From the NCBI RefSeq assembly GCF_004010195.1, contig NC_057757.1:3419851-3483850 (forward strand): a stretch of DNA of 64,000 bases, in the 5' to 3' direction. Position 1 is the first letter of the stretch. Each line of letters begins with the position of its first letter. Below are positions 11,901 through 26,304 of this stretch, piece after piece. The notes beneath the pieces are model-generated. The model was not told the origin of the DNA. It did no database searches and worked only from the letters and a program-made list of their open reading frames with translations. The translations under genes were made by a program, and so were the position numbers. Origin of the DNA: Chiloscyllium plagiosum. Its lineage: Eukaryota.

Positions 11901-13339
11901 CTGACAGAAGGATCAGCAGAGAAGACACAGAAAGTTCTGGAAGACAGGTAGTCAGGCTGTAATTTCGGGATACTAAATTCTATTGTTTCGTTATATAAGT
12001 GGGTCATGTATTTATTAGAACAGCAAACCATTAGAACCTTGCATTCTACAGGAATAGTTAGTAGTGAAGGGGAATTGTTTGGTCTGCTAATAGTTTAGTT
12101 AATTTGTTCACTGTTAAGAGTTTGATAAGTAAATTGTTACTTGTGGATGTAAAGTGAGCATCAGGGATTTCTTTTACTTAACCACAAGAAGTTGCTGAAA
12201 AAAACAGATTGCACCCTTCTCTCAGATTAACAGATTAACTCTTTTTAACAGATTATTGGGTGAGTTGCTCCCCTTTGGGTGAGTCGTTTTTGGTTCTCAG
12301 AGGAAGAGGGTCAACCTTTGCTTTATAACTGCATCGCCCAATGACGATTGGCAGCAGAATCGCTACTGCCTTGCCTGAGATCTGCATGTATTTTTTTGGA
12401 GGGTTAATAGAGAGAAATTGTTCCCAAAGGCCAATGAGTTAAGGCATTAAGAAGCAGAGTATGAGAAGGGCAAAAATTCTTTTGATGCAGCAAGATACTG
12501 TGATCTGCAACACATTGCTAGTAGGAAGACAGAGAAGCAGATTCAACAGTAGCTTATAAAAGGTGAATTGGATAAATATTTGTAAGGGATCGGGGAAAAG
12601 CAAGGGGAGTGGGACTAATTGAATAGCCCTTTCCAAAAGCCAGCACAGGAACTATGGGCTGAATGGCCACCTATGCTGTATCCTGTGAGTCAGTGACAGA
12701 GCCTGGGACCTATTAAGACCAATGTAGCACAACCCATCACTGGGTTAAGCTGCCAAACCATTGAAAAAGCATCCAAATTCAAAACGAGAACTGGAAAAAC
12801 CCATCAGCTCAGGCAACATCTGCTAATGGAAATGAGGAATTGTGATGTTTTGGGTGCGTACTCTTCATCAGAACAACTAGCAGTAACCCTAGTCTTGGCA
12901 CCAGACCTGTCAAAATAATGTAATTTACAACATTGAGGGCAGTCCTGAAAACTTGCAGTTCCCATTTAAGTGGGTTTGTGTTTTCCAATACATCTCGCAC
13001 GCATCCCTGACAATGGCGTTCAGCAGGAGATTAACTCTGGGTGCATAAATCAGATGAGGAAGTAAGCAAGATGTGCAAATGGAAATGGGAGGCAGCTTTT
13101 GTAGCTTTGCACAGTGGAAACATGAGGCCCAACCAGTCTCCTCCTTCCAAGATGGAAGTACAGTACCATCATAGTGTGCAGGCTCTTCAGCCGAGGAGTT
13201 CATCAACTCCATGTGCTTTACTTTTTTTTTGTCTTTCCATGTCTTTTCTTTCTTAATATTCCCATTTATTATTGTACCTCGCCTTCCTTAAACGGTATCA
13301 CTGCCCAGGCCCAGTGATGAGGTGGCTTCCGACAGTCCG

Positions 13340-14135
13340 GAATGGCGCCAGGAGGTCTCGTCCCATTGTGGAGGTCTGATCTTGACATGGAGGTCGCGAC
13401 CTCACTTCAGATATAGCTTCTAGGTCTTCCAATGGCCCATAGTGGAGGTCACGGCACAGTGTGGAGGTCTCGACTAGGCCCAGTGTGGACATCTCAGCCC
13501 TGTATGGCAGTCTCATCTCGGCCCGGTGTGGAGGTCTTGCCTCGGCCTGCCTTAGAGGTTTCGGCCCAGCGTGGTGATCTCAGCCAAACATTGCATTTCC
13601 GGCCTGATGTGATCTTTGCCTGGCTTGGCATTTCCGGCCTGGAAGGAGGTCTCGGGCTAGTGTGATGATCTCAGCCTGGCGTGGCATTTCTGGCCCAGTG
13701 TGGTGATTTTGGGCTGGCTTGATGTGGCGTTTGTGACCTTGCAGGGGAGTCTCGGCTCAGCGTGGGGGTTTTGTCTTGGCCTGCTGTGGAGTTTTCGGCT
13801 CTGCACAGAGGTCTCGGCCCATCCTGGAGGTCTCATCTTGGCTTGGCATGGAGGTCTTAGCCTGGTGTGGCATTTCTGGCCTGGCGTGGATGTCTCGCCC
13901 TGGACTGGCGTGGTGAAGCCAGTCCGGCGTGGTGATCCCGGTCCAGAGTGGCGGAGCCGGCCTGACACGGTGGTTCTGGCTTACTTTTCCAGTGTACCTG
14001 GAAATCAGGAGTCGTTAACGGAACTCTGATTTTTTGTTTGCTTTTTTATTACTTTACTCATTAGACACTGTAGTATGGCGACTTATGAAACGTTTCGCTG
14101 TATTTTTGTTTTGTGGCAATAAATTCCTATTCCGC
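13340..14135 (+). repeat. GC-rich degenerate tandem array (about 20-bp units like GGAGGTCTCGGCCCAGCGT) with a CAATAAA-ended tail; dispersed family
   Basis: Repeated units. A related inverted copy lies at about 28070-28530. Confidence 0.65.
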
Positions 14136-14534
14136 TCTCAGTCCACATGAGGCATCATTTCCACATTGATCAGGAGGTTAGTCTGAAGGGCTATACTGAA
14201 TTGCTGGGGGCTCCGTGTGCTGTAGGGATACCCACAGTGCTGTCAGAGAGACAGTATCAGAATGTTGACACAGAGACACTGAAAGGACAATGATATTTTC
14301 CCAAGTCATAATGGTGCAGACCTTGAACAGTGTAATGTTCCCATGCATCTGCATACCTTGTTCTCCTAGATAGTAGTGCTTATGCTTTGGGACATTCTGG
14401 GACGCACATTTTGGCTATTTTGAAATGTGTTAAAGACCCTGGATGTGTGCATTGTGTAAATAGGACACCCCACATATCTATATGTTCCCCTTCAAGGACA
14501 GAAAAATTTGCCAAATCTAAGACTTTAGATAGAA

Positions 14535-14775
14535 TCATTGAATCCCGACAGTGGAGAAGCAGGCTATTTGACCCATCCCAAACTTCCGAAGAGCATCCCA
14601 CTCCATCCCTGTAACCCTGCATTTCCCATAGCTAACGCACCTAGCCTGCACATCTGTGGACTGTGGGAGGAAACCAGAGCACCCAGAGGAATCCCACGCA
14701 GAGCCGGAGAGAATGTGCAAACTCCACAGTCGCCCAAGGATGGAATTGAACCTGGGTCCCTGGCGCCACTGTGCT
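14535..14775 (-). mobile_element. HE1-type SINE
   Basis: Reverse complement of the HE1 core. Confidence 0.8.
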
Positions 14776-17449
14776 GCCCAGCAGATTGCTGTTCCAAACT
14801 TGTTGAAAACATGGGGATTATAGAATAGATGTTGTGATGCTATCACAGGCAAAACTGCCTTGTGGGTGAATGCTTAGAATCCGATTTAATTCCTAACATC
14901 TCCCACAGCAAACTGGCCCTGGCAGGGGGTGGGGTTGTGTGGGTTTGCTTTGGCGGATGTGTTCAATTTCCCAGTTATCCCAGCCTTTGGTTTCAGGGTG
15001 GGGGCACCATTTTAATTTTAGCTTCAGCACATGGTTGTCTTAGAGGGCAGAGAAAAAAAAAATAGCCTTTTGTTTTTAATGGTACGGATGAGTGAATTTC
15101 CCAGAAACATTTCATTCACAGTGGGAATGTAGCCGCGCAGTTTCTGTTTGTGGCCAGGATTGGTAATTGAGGTGGTTTAATTCACGTCTTACTGGGCCCA
15201 GGCGTCAGTATGAGATTGCAGCCAGATCGTGAGCCTTCCCTGGGATGTGGGCATTGCTGTCCGGGACAGAATGTGTTGCCCATCCCTAATTACCCTTGAG
15301 AAAGCAGTCGTGAGCCCCTAAATTGAACCGCTGCAGTCCATCTGGTTCCAATTGTCCGTGGTGTGTCAGCTAAACAAGGGACAGCTAGGCTATCTCAGTT
15401 CAGAGTCAACCACATTAGCTGGGCGTCTCAAACCACAAGTATGCCAGGCCTAGTAAGGCTGTCAGAGTTTGAACCCTCAGGGGATAGCAAGCTGGATGGG
15501 TGATAATTTTATGGTCAAGGTCACTAAAACCAGCATTCAACTCCAGAATGATTAATTAATTGAATCTAAAATTTCAATGACGGACCTGATGTATCCCCCT
15601 GCTCCCTAGATCATTAGTGTGGGCCTCTACATTAACTGCCCTTGGCACTACAGTTCATGTCCTTAATCCCCAGCGAAAGTAGGATTTGTCCTGAAAGCTG
15701 TCCAGAGAAAGTTGGCTTGGATGATCCCCGGATTGGAGGGATTGTCTTAAAGGCTAAACATTTTGGGACTCTCCTCCCTGGAGTTTAGGTGAATGAGAGG
15801 CGATCTCATTGAAACATATCGGATTCCTGCATGTCAATGCTGAGATGATGTTCCCCCTCCATAGAAGAGGGCACAGTCGCAGAATAAAGGGGTGACAAGT
15901 TAAGACTGAGATGAGGAGGAATTTCTTCTCTCCAAGAGTTGACAGTCTTTGGAACTCCTTGCTGCAGAGATCTGTGGGGGCGGAGACCTGGTGTATATTA
16001 AAGGCTGAGATAGACTGATTCCTCAACTGGTTAAGAAACTATGGTCAGGTTGGGGGGGGGGGGACAAAAAATGAGAAGAGTGGACGTGAGGAATGTTGGA
16101 GCCGGTTCAAGGAGCTGGACTGGCTACTGCTACTCTGGTCTTACAGATCTGTAAAGAGTAAACAGTATTGATGTTTCGAGCTTAGCACAAGGAACAAAGA
16201 ACAGTACAGCACAGGAACAGGTCATTCGGCCCTCCGAGCCTGCGCTGACAAATTTTGCCCTTCCATACATAAACTCTCTTCACTTACAGGATTTGTATCC
16301 CTCTATTCCCTTCCTATTCATCTATTCGCCCAGCTGTTTCTTGAAAGCTGCTATTGTGTCTGCTTCCACCACCTCTTCTGGCATCATCCAGGCACTCACC
16401 ACCCTTTTTTGGGTGGGCCTTATGCTGGTCTGGTCTTTAAAGGTTCAGGTTGCGACAGAACAGAGGCAACTTCACTTTGCATCCCATCCCATTCTGTCCA
16501 TTATTGGACTCATCAAAGTTAAATGAAAGCAAAACACTGCAGAGACTGGAAATCTGAAGCAGACACAGAGAAGGCGTGAGAAACCCAACAGGGCTGGGCA
16601 CTATCATGTTAATATTTTCATGACTTTTCTTCAGTCCCAATGCCTCTCCCTTTGGACTGAATGGCTCAGCTAAAACAGTCTGATTTGACTATTCATAAAC
16701 TGTTCTCAAATCTTACTTTTTCCTGTACTTCTGAGTTTCATTTACATGCAGGATATTTATCGCCTTATCACAGACTGCATTTCTGTCTGAGGTCACTGGC
16801 TGTGGTGGAAATAGCCATGTGTAAAATTGTAGTGAATTCAACCTGAAAGCCCACATCCTTTCCCTCACTGTTTCTATCAGACTGTCAGCTGTCAGGTTTT
16901 CCCACAACTGTCATATAAACCTTACTCCTACCGTGGCAACCGTTCTGCTGGTCTTTCATTTTCCAGCACTCCTGTTTAAAATGTTATTACCACAGAGTCT
17001 TAGAGCCTTAGAGTCAGCAGACCCTTCACCGAACCCATCCATGGCCGACCAGATATCCTAAGAATCTAGTCCCATCTGCCAGCATTTGGCCCATATCCCT
17101 CTAAACCTTTCCTCTTCTTTGTAATTGTGTCAGCCTCCACCTCTTCCTCTGGCATTTCATGCATGCACCATCCTATGTGTGAAAAAAGTTGTCCCTTGGG
17201 ACCCTTTTTAATGCATGAGAGAGAGAAGGCAGTGGCAAGGGAGCAAGTAAAGATAGAAGGGAGCTGTGGGGGAGGAGGTTGGGTGGTGTGATAAGTTTGA
17301 GCAGGATTTGGCTGCGGGGGGTGGAGTCAGGGATTTTGATAATTGGGGTTGGAATTTTAATTTCAATGCATTGATAGATTGTTGCCATATGTCTGTCAGA
17401 GAGAATGAGAGCATTGAGTCATCAGGACTTATATAAGAAGAATGTTATT

Positions 17450-18225
17450 ATACTCGGAAGTGTGCAGAAAATATTGACAAGGATGTTCCCGGGACTGGAG
17501 GGTTTGATTGATAAGGAGGGGCTGGGAGTTTTTTCCCTGGCGCATTGGAGGTTGTGGTTATAAACTTAGAAAGGTTTATAAAGTCATAAGGATAAGGTGA
17601 ATAGCCAAGGTCTTTTCCCCCAGGGCAGGAAAGTCCAGAACTAAAGGGCATAGGTTAAAGGTGAGAGGGGAAAGATTTAAAAGGAATCTTCAGAGGCAAC
17701 TTTTTCACACACAGGGTGGTGCGTGTATGGAATGAGCTGCCAAAGGAAGTGGTGGAGGCTGGTATAATTATAACATTTATAAGACATCTGAGTGGGTCTA
17801 TGAATAGGAAGGGTTTAGACTGGACTGAAGGGCCAATAAGTCCACACCAACCCTCCGAAGAGCAACCACCCAGACCCATTCCCCTACATCCACTCCGGAC
17901 TAATATACCTAACACTACGGGCAATTTAGCATGGCCAATTCACCTAACCTACACATCTTTGGACTGTGGGAGGAAACCGGAGCACCCAGAGGAAACCCAC
18001 GCAGACACGGGGAGAATGTGCAAACTCCACACAGACAGTTGCCTGAGGCGGGAATTGAACCCGGGTCCCTGGTGCTGTGAGGCAGCAGTGCTAACCACTG
18101 AGCCACCGTGCCGCCCACAATATGGGCTAAATGCTGACAAATGGGACTAGATTAATTTCGGATATCTGATCGGCATGGACGAGTCGGATCAAAGGGTCGG
18201 TTTCCGTGCTGTACATCTCAATGAC
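17450..18225 (+). mobile_element. CR1 3' fragment interrupted by an antisense HE1 SINE (about 17830-18118)
   Basis: CR1 sequence stops at gggtttaga and resumes at atatgggctaaatgc after the SINE. Confidence 0.85.
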
Positions 18226-18489
18226 ACTAAATGTGCCTTTTCTTAGAATACTCCAGTGCTGTACTGCCAAATGAATGTTGTTCCAAGACATCTGATTCCC
18301 TCAGAGGAAAGGAAACATTCTCATTTCCATTTTAAATCAGAAACTCTTCAACTTTAAACTGCGTCCACTTGTTTTAGTCTCTGCTAAAAGGGGAGGTGTC
18401 ATTTCAGCATTCCCTGCACCCCTTATCTGGTCCCCTCAGATTTTACCTGATCTAATATATCACCTCTCATCCTTCTGAACTCTTGGCCC

Positions 18490-19070
18490 AGCACTGGGAC
18501 GTCATGTTGCGGTTCTACAGGACATTGCTGAGGCTTCTTCTGGAGTATTGTGTCCAGTTCTGATCACCCTCTTATAGGAAGGATATTATTAAGCTGGAGA
18601 GGGCCCAGAAGAGATTTACCAGGATGTTGCTGGAGATAGACGGTTTGAGTTATAAAGAAGGGCTGGGGCTTTTCTCAAAGGAGGGTAGAAGATTGAGGGG
18701 GGGGTGGAGGGTGACTTTGTAGAGGTTTATAAAATCATGAGGGGTTTGGATAAGGTGAATGGAAGATGTCTTTTCCCAAGGGTGAGGGTTTCCAAAACTA
18801 GGGGGCATATTTTTAAGGTGAAAGGAGAAAGATTTTAAAAAGACAGAGGTGAAAACATTTTTACACAAAGAGTGGTTTGTGTGTGGAATGAACTTCCAGT
18901 GGAAGTGGTGGATGTGGGTACAGTTACAACATTTAAAAAACATTTGGATAAGTACATGAATAAGAAATGTTTGAAGTTAACGCAGATAGGTGGGACTAGT
19001 TTAGTTTGGAATTATGGTTGGCATAGACTGGTTGGATTGAAGAGTCTGTTTCCACGCTGTGTGATTCTGT
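18490..19070 (+). mobile_element. CR1 3' fragment
   Basis: LEYCVQF...WNELPVEVV segments. Confidence 0.85.
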
Positions 19071-19959
19071 GACACAGCTCTACATATCCAGCTGAACCAT
19101 ACCTAGTAAAGAGGAAACCCAATATCTTGTATTGCTTTGTGTTAACCCAGTGCTGTAGTCCACAGAAATTCAATACACCGTGCCCTTGCAGCATTTCGTG
19201 TTTGAGCAGGTGTACTTGAAAAAGAACAGGGGAAGAATTGAAATGGCCTGCGCAGCTTTCACAGATTTTCATTGGAACCCTTGTTACTGTTGAGTAAAAG
19301 GCTAAAGCTCTGATTAACGAGCTGTCATCAAGCTAACTTTACACTGCACTGAACCATTGGCACGCCACCAGATTTCAGTGAGGCATCCAAGTTTATTCAT
19401 CTCACCTTGCAAACGTTCCATACCCGGAACCCAAAGGCGGGGACACAGAAGGTGTTCCTTGGCAGGCAGGCAGAATTGTATTTCTGTAGTACCTGTCACA
19501 TCCGCATGGTGTTCCATTGTGCTACACTGCCCGTGGAATACTGATTGAAGTATGGTCGCTTTTAAGGGGTCCCGCAACCTACTGCATTGGGCGCTACAGC
19601 TACTTGGTTCCAGGACATGCCAGCCATGAACCTTACTTCACATGTTTTATACTCTACTATAATTATTGCAAGGTTTAACTTTTAACTTTGTTCTTTCTTT
19701 CTACCTGCTTTTTAAGATTCATAAAAACTTGGGGCAGGAGTAGGCCGTCTGGCCCTTCCAGACTGCTCCGGCATTCAATAAGATCACAGCTGATCTTTTT
19801 GTGGACTCAGATCCACTTACCACGCACTCTCACTATAACCCTTAAATCCTTTATTGTTCGAAATAAATCTGTTTTAGCTTTAAAAATATTTACTGAAGTA
19901 GCTGGGCAAGGAATTCCATAGATTCTGTACCTAGGTACTTGTTCCTAAGGTGGTTGTAA

Positions 19960-22405
19960 GCTATATAAAACCCTTGTTAGGCTGCATCTGGAGTATTGCG
20001 TGCAGTTTTGATAGCCCCATTACCACAAGGACATGGAAGCTTTGGAGAGAGTGCAGAGGAGGTTCACCAGGACGTTGCCTGGTCTTGAGAGGGCATTGGC
20101 CGTGAGGAAAGGTTAAAAAGACTCTGATTGTTTTCACTGGAAAGAGGGTGTCTGAGCAGAGACTCGATAGAGATCTACAAAATGATGAGAGGGATAGACA
20201 GGGTGGATAGGCAGAGGCTTTTTCCCAGGGTTGTAGTTTCAATTACAAGGGGTCACAGGTTTAAGGTGAGAGGAGGAGGGAGGCTTAAGGGAGATGTGTG
20301 AGGGAAGGCAGAGAGCGATAGGAGCCAGGAACGCACAGCCAGAAGGGGTGGTGGAAGCAGGCACATTGGCGTCATTGAAGGTGCCCAAAACATCGATTCT
20401 CCTGCTCCTCGGATGCTGCCTGACTGGCTGTGCTTTTCCAGCACCACACTCTCGAAATTGAAGAGGCATCTGGATGGTTAGATGAATAGGGAGGGAATAG
20501 AGGGATACGGACCAAATAAGGGAAGAAGGATTGTTTTTTAGTTTAGTTAGGGCATGATGATCAGCACAGGCTTAGAGGGCTGAAGGGCCTGTTCCTGTGC
20601 TGTACTTCTCTTTTGTGATGCCTCACGTGACAACATTATACACTTTCCATCGTACTCCTCTACTTGAGCATACATAACAATACAACCAAAATCAGATACA
20701 GAAGACCACCACGGACTGTCAAGGACATGACGCTAGCAGTTGATTCACGTTGTGGTAGCGAGCTGCAGCCCGTGTATATTTCCGTTGTGTTTCCTTTCAC
20801 TAAATAACAATAAAAGCTCATGTTTGGATTGGTCCGAGTGCTTGCCTATGTGCGATGTTCCTTGGCTGGAAGGGGAAATCAAGCACTCAGTTGGCCTTCA
20901 TATAGAATGTAGATAAGGGTTTGGTGAGGCCACTTTTCGAACACTGCATACCATTCTGGTCGCCCTTCTGTGGGAAGCATGTTGCTAAACTTGACAGGGT
21001 GCCGAAAAGAGTTACAAGGATGTTGTCAGGACTGGGGGCCTCTTATGGAGTACAGTGTCCAGTTCTGATTGCCCTGTAATAGGAAGGAGGTTATTAAACT
21101 GGAGACACTTCAGAGAAGATTTACAGGGATGTTGCCAGGACTGGAGGGTTTGAATTCTAGGGAGAGGCTGAATAGGCTAGGGCTTTTTTCTCTGGAGTGT
21201 CAGATGCTGAAGAGTGTCTTCGTAGAGATTTATGACATCATGAGGCGCATAGATAAGGTGTATTTCCCACAGGAGGGGAGTCCAAGACTAGAGGGTTTAG
21301 ATTTAAGGTGAGAGGAGAATGATTTAAAAGAGACCTAAGGGGTAAAATTTTCATGCAGAGGGTAGTGCGTTTATGGAATGAGCTGCAAGAGGAAGTGGTG
21401 GAGGCTAGTACAGTTACAACATTTAAAAGGCATCTGGATGGGTACATGAATAGAAGTTACAAGGATATGGGCCACATGCTGGCAAATGGGACTAGATTAG
21501 GTTAGTCCCATTTGGTCAGCATGGACGAGTTGGACTGAAGGGTCTGTTTCCATGTTGTACATGAAAAGGCATCTGGATGGGTACATGAATAGAAGTTACA
21601 AGGATATGGGCCAAATGCTGGCAAATGGGACTAGATTAGGTTAGGATATCTGGTCAGCATGGACGAGTTGGACTGAAGGGTCTGTTTCCATGTTGTACAT
21701 GTCTGTGACAGTCATAGAATCATACACCACGGAAACACACCACTTGGTCAAACCAGTCCATGCCAACCATAATCCCAAACTCAACTCGTCCCACCTGCCT
21801 GCGCTTGGCCCATATCGCTCCAAATATTTCTCATTCATGTACTTGTATAAATGTCTTTTAAATGTTGTAACTGTACCCACAGCCACCACTTCCTCTGGCA
21901 GTTCATTTCACACACGAAACACTGTATAAAAAGGTTTCCCACATTTCCATTTTAAATCTTTCTCCTGTCACCTTAAAATTATGCCCTCTAGTTTTGAACT
22001 TCCCCACCCTAGGGAATAGAGCCATGTCGTTCACCTTATCTATAACCCTCGGGATTATGTAAAGCTCAGGGAGGTCACCCCTCAAAGGCCGACGTTCCGG
22101 TGAAAAAAGTCTCGGCCTATCCAGCCTCTCCTTGTAACTCAAATCCTTAATTCCCAGCAACATCCTGGTCATTTGTTTCTACATCCTCTCCAGTTAAGCA
22201 ATATCCTTCCCATAACAGGGTGACCAGAACTGGACACTGTACTCCAGAAGAGGCCTCACCAAATGTTCTGTATTAACTCAACATGACGTCTCAACTCCCA
22301 CACTGAAAAGTCTGAGCAATGAAGGCAAGTGTGGTAAACGCCTTCTTACCTGCCCTGTTTACCTGTAATGCAACTTTCAAAGAATTATGTACCCGAATCC
22401 TGACA
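19960..22405. mobile_element. Cluster of CR1 3' fragments (plus strand 19960-20610 and 20900-21710, minus strand 21712-22405)
   Basis: Repeated LERVQRRFTRMLPG / WNEL motifs. Tandem duplication of about 139 bp at 21425-21700. Confidence 0.85.
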
Positions 22406-22809
22406 GGTTTAGTGTGGCGCTGTGGTTAATTTCGGTGAAAGAATTTGATTGTGTGCGCAAGGGATTGTCAGCCAATGCCAGGTATGTGCCATGGGCAATG
22501 TGGCTTTATGGGTCACCCGTGCCATAGCAGTGGCACCAGCAGTGAGGGACGATGATGGATTGCCAACCCATGTCCAGAGGCATGGCACCCTTCCAAGATG
22601 GCTTGGGCACAAGGAATATCGACCTTTGAGCATTTACCTGCTGAATGACAAATCGCTGTGCGAGCAGCAATTGGCAAGTGGTGCCAGGATTGGATGGAGG
22701 GATACCTCAGGACCAGGACAGGTGGCTTTGACAAGACATGGGGAGAAGACTTATTGATTCCCCCCACAGTAGAAATCCCTGCAAAGGGTATAGGTGCAAC
22801 TCAGTCTTC

Positions 22810-23385
22810 ATGGAATCCCTACAGTGTGGAAGCAGGCCATTTGGCCTGTCGAGCCGACGCCCTCTGACGAGCAGTCCATCCAACCCACCCCTGTAACCCT
22901 GTATTTCCGATGGCTAAACCACCCAGCCTGAACATCCCTGGACAATTTAGCACAGCCAATCCACCCTAACCTGCACATCCCTGGACACTAAGGGGCAATT
23001 TAGCACGGCCAATCCACCCTAACCTGCACATCCCTGGACACTAAGGGGCAATTTAGCACAGCCAATCCACCCTAAACTGCACATTCTTGGACACTATGGG
23101 GCAATTTAGCAAGGCCAATCCACCCTAACCTGCACATCCCTGGGCACCACGGGACAATTTAGCATGGCCAATCTACCCTAACTTGCACATCCCTGAACAC
23201 AATGGGGCAATTTAGCACGGCCAATCCACCCTAATGTGTGCATCTTTGGACTGTGGGAGGAAACCCATGCAGACACGGGGAGAGCGTGCAAACTCCACAC
23301 AGACAGTTGCCCTCAGCTGGAATGGAACCCAGATCCCTGGTACCGTGAGGCAGCAGTGCTAACCACTGAAACACCATGCTGCCTT
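22810..23385 (-). mobile_element. HE1-type SINE with internal 53-bp tandem expansion
   Basis: About 6 units of GGGGCAATTTAGCACGGCCAATCCACCCTAACCTGCACATCCCTGGACACTAA. Confidence 0.9.
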
Positions 23386-23972
23386 TCACAATATTTGCTC
23401 TAATAGAGCAAAAGAAAATTACCGTTCCTTCATTTCATTGTCGGTGATGACCAATGCTAAAACTTTTTTTTGTGAAAGAAACATTGTTTTGACAACTGGT
23501 CAGGGTTGGTTGCTCCTTCCAGAAGCCACAATGTAATCCTGAGGGAAGCGGACAAAACACGACTTTGTGTTTTTGTGCGTAGCAGCCAGAGAACCAGAGT
23601 TTAAATTACTTGGCTGAAAAAAGCCAAGGGGAAGAGATGAGGAGACACTTTTTTTTCAGACATTATGTTGTTCTGATCTGGATCACTCATCTTGAAAGAC
23701 TGGGAGTGAGCTGAATCATCAGTCATACTTTTCAAAAAGGAATTAGATATATACTTAAAAAGGAAACAAAAAACAGAGCCTGGAGAAAAGGCTCATGGAA
23801 TGAGTCTAACTTTGTTAAAGGAAATTAGCTGAGGAAAGTTTGGCTGGGAGCCCAGAGTTCCATTAGTTTGTTGGAAAACAGAAGGGAAAATATTTCTTGA
23901 TTGATAGATTGTTAATGTTTTCTTTTCTTTCTACGGTACATTTTGTCACCGGCTCAATGTTTATTGACACAT

Positions 23973-24197
23973 GATAAAGAGGTGCTGGAAAAGCACAGCA
24001 GGTCAGGCGGCATCTGAGGAGCAGGAAAATTGACGTTTCGGGCAAAAGCCCTTCGTCAGGATTCCTGATGAAGGGCTTTTGCCTGAAACATCAATTTTCC
24101 TGCTCCTTGGATGCTGCCTGACCTGTTGTGCTTTTCCAGCACCACTCTGATTTCCAGCATTTGCAGTCCTCACTTTTGCCTACAAGATAAAGAGGTG
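23973..24197. mobile_element. Palindromic Penelope-derived insertion with TSD
   Basis: Inverted arms centred near 24062. GATAAAGAGGTG at 23973-23984 and 24186-24197. Confidence 0.8.
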
Positions 24198-24389
24198 TCA
24201 AGTGCTTATTGTTTCCGTTGTTGATATTTTAATGCTTTGGCTGATTGACACTTTTATAGGGTTGTAGTAACAACAGATTTTCATTGTTTCTATGCAGAGA
24301 GCATACTGGGTGAAAGTCCTGCGAGTTGGCGTGGATGTATGAGGGGCTATACAGAGTAGGTAGGGTTGCATAGATTGGCATGAAGGATC

Positions 24390-25182
24390 TAGTCATAGAG
24401 GTTTACAGCATGGGAACAGGCCCTTCGGCCCACCTTGTCCATACCGCCCAGTTTTCACAATTAAACTAGTCCCTTTTGCCGGTGTTTGTTCGTTATCCCT
24501 ACATTCCTAACCCATCTAAGCACCTGTCTGAATGTTTCTAAAATGACAAGATTGTACTCGCTTCCACCACTACCTCTGGCAGCCCATTCCAGACACTCAC
24601 CATCCTGTGTGTGAAAGAAATTACTCCTCTGAACCCTCATGTATCTCTGCCCTCTCATCTTCCAACCGATTTGTCTTGTTTTAAACTCTCCTACCATGGA
24701 AGAAGAACAGTTGGCTATCTACCTTCTCCATGCCTCTCGTGATTTTATAGATCTCTATATGGTCACCCCCCTAAGCTCCAGGGAAAAAAACAGTCCCAGC
24801 CTCTCCTTATAGCTCAAATCTTCCAGTCCAGGAAGCATTCTCATAAATCTTTTCTGTACCCTTTCAAGTTTAATAATATCCTTTCTATAGAAGGGCAACC
24901 AGAACTGTACAAATACTCCAAATGTGGCCTCACCAATCTGTGGTGCTGCTGCAACTTGATGTCCCAACTCCTATAGTCAGTGCTATGACCGATGAAAACA
25001 AGCATACCAAATGCCTTCTTCACCACACTGTCTCCCTGTGACTCCACATTGAACAAGCTATGTACCTGTACCCCAGCTCTGCTTGCTCTATAGCACACCC
25101 CAGGGCCTTACCATTAAGTGTCTTAGTCCTGCCCTGGTTTGACCCACCAGAATGCAACACCTCATATTTATCTAAATTAAAT
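24390..25182 (-). mobile_element. CR1 3' fragment
   Basis: ORFs 24461-25098, VVKKAFGML...KLERVQKRF. Confidence 0.9.
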
Positions 25183-26304
25183 TATGAGGGACCTTTGAGG
25201 GCAGGAAGGGGACATCCCAAGTTGGAGGCCATTGAGATTGAGCAGGGAAAGTGCAAAGCTATCTTTCCAAAGATTCCAGCATCTGGACTACAATTCGTTG
25301 ACTCCTCCAAAGGGTTGCTGGGACATGCCTAACCTCAGCAATGTTGCCAGGCAGGCTGGCAGTGCCACATGCAGCTTGTTGCCAACACTCTCGCCCAGCA
25401 CCAACATGATCCCGACCCACCCTACAACTGCAGGCCTGCTTTGACTCTGTGCAAATCTTCACCTCTGACAGTCTTTTGGTCACATCAGCGTGGTCTCACT
25501 AGAGAGAGATGACTGCTGGTGATTTAACACAAGGGCTGCTACACCTCAGGGCGAGGGCAGAGGTTGAGAAAGGGAGTCCTTCATTTGAACATCTGCCAGT
25601 GATGGGAATTGAACCCACGCTGTTGGCATCACTCTGCTTCAAAAGGCAACCATCCAGCCAACTGAGCTAATCTCTCAGCCTGGCTCGTACGCCCCAGCCT
25701 CTGTGGAGTGGACTTACTCCCTTGATCTGTACCGACACCTTTCCATATTCTCCCAGGGCCAGACATTATCTGTAGGGATTTCCTGAGGGATTCCTGCCTC
25801 CTACTGCTCAGACATTGGCAGTGCAAGTGAGTCTCACCTTTTTCCTGTCCTTCTGAATCACTGCCTGCTCCCTCCTCAGTGGTGACAGATTCAGGGCAGA
25901 GAGGAGCAGTGAATTGATGCATTGTGGTGCTGGTGAGAGACTGATTGTCAGCAGATGAATTTAGATCATGCATTCTCTTGGGAGATGCTTTATTTTAAGA
26001 CTATGGCGTGAGTCGGAGCCTAAACTTCTATTTACATAACCTTTCGGTATGCACACACAAGTGAATTGGATACTTCTGCATGTGTTTGTCTCTGCCTACT
26101 CTTTAAAGTTTCTTTTTTCTGTCTGCTGAACAATGGAATTTGGTCTGCCGCAGGGACTTCAGTCAATTTCGGGAATAGCATCCGGTTAGTGACTGTAAGA
26201 CCGTAGAATATCTGAGCAAGGCCAGGCCATTCAGCCCATCGAGTCTGCTCAACCATTCAGTGAGAGAATGGCCTATCTCATAACCCTCAACTCCACTTTC
26301 ATTT

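Noticed and set aside
11097..12330. Possible solo LTR (also 20615-20870)
   Set aside because: I could not confirm TG...CA termini with a TSD.
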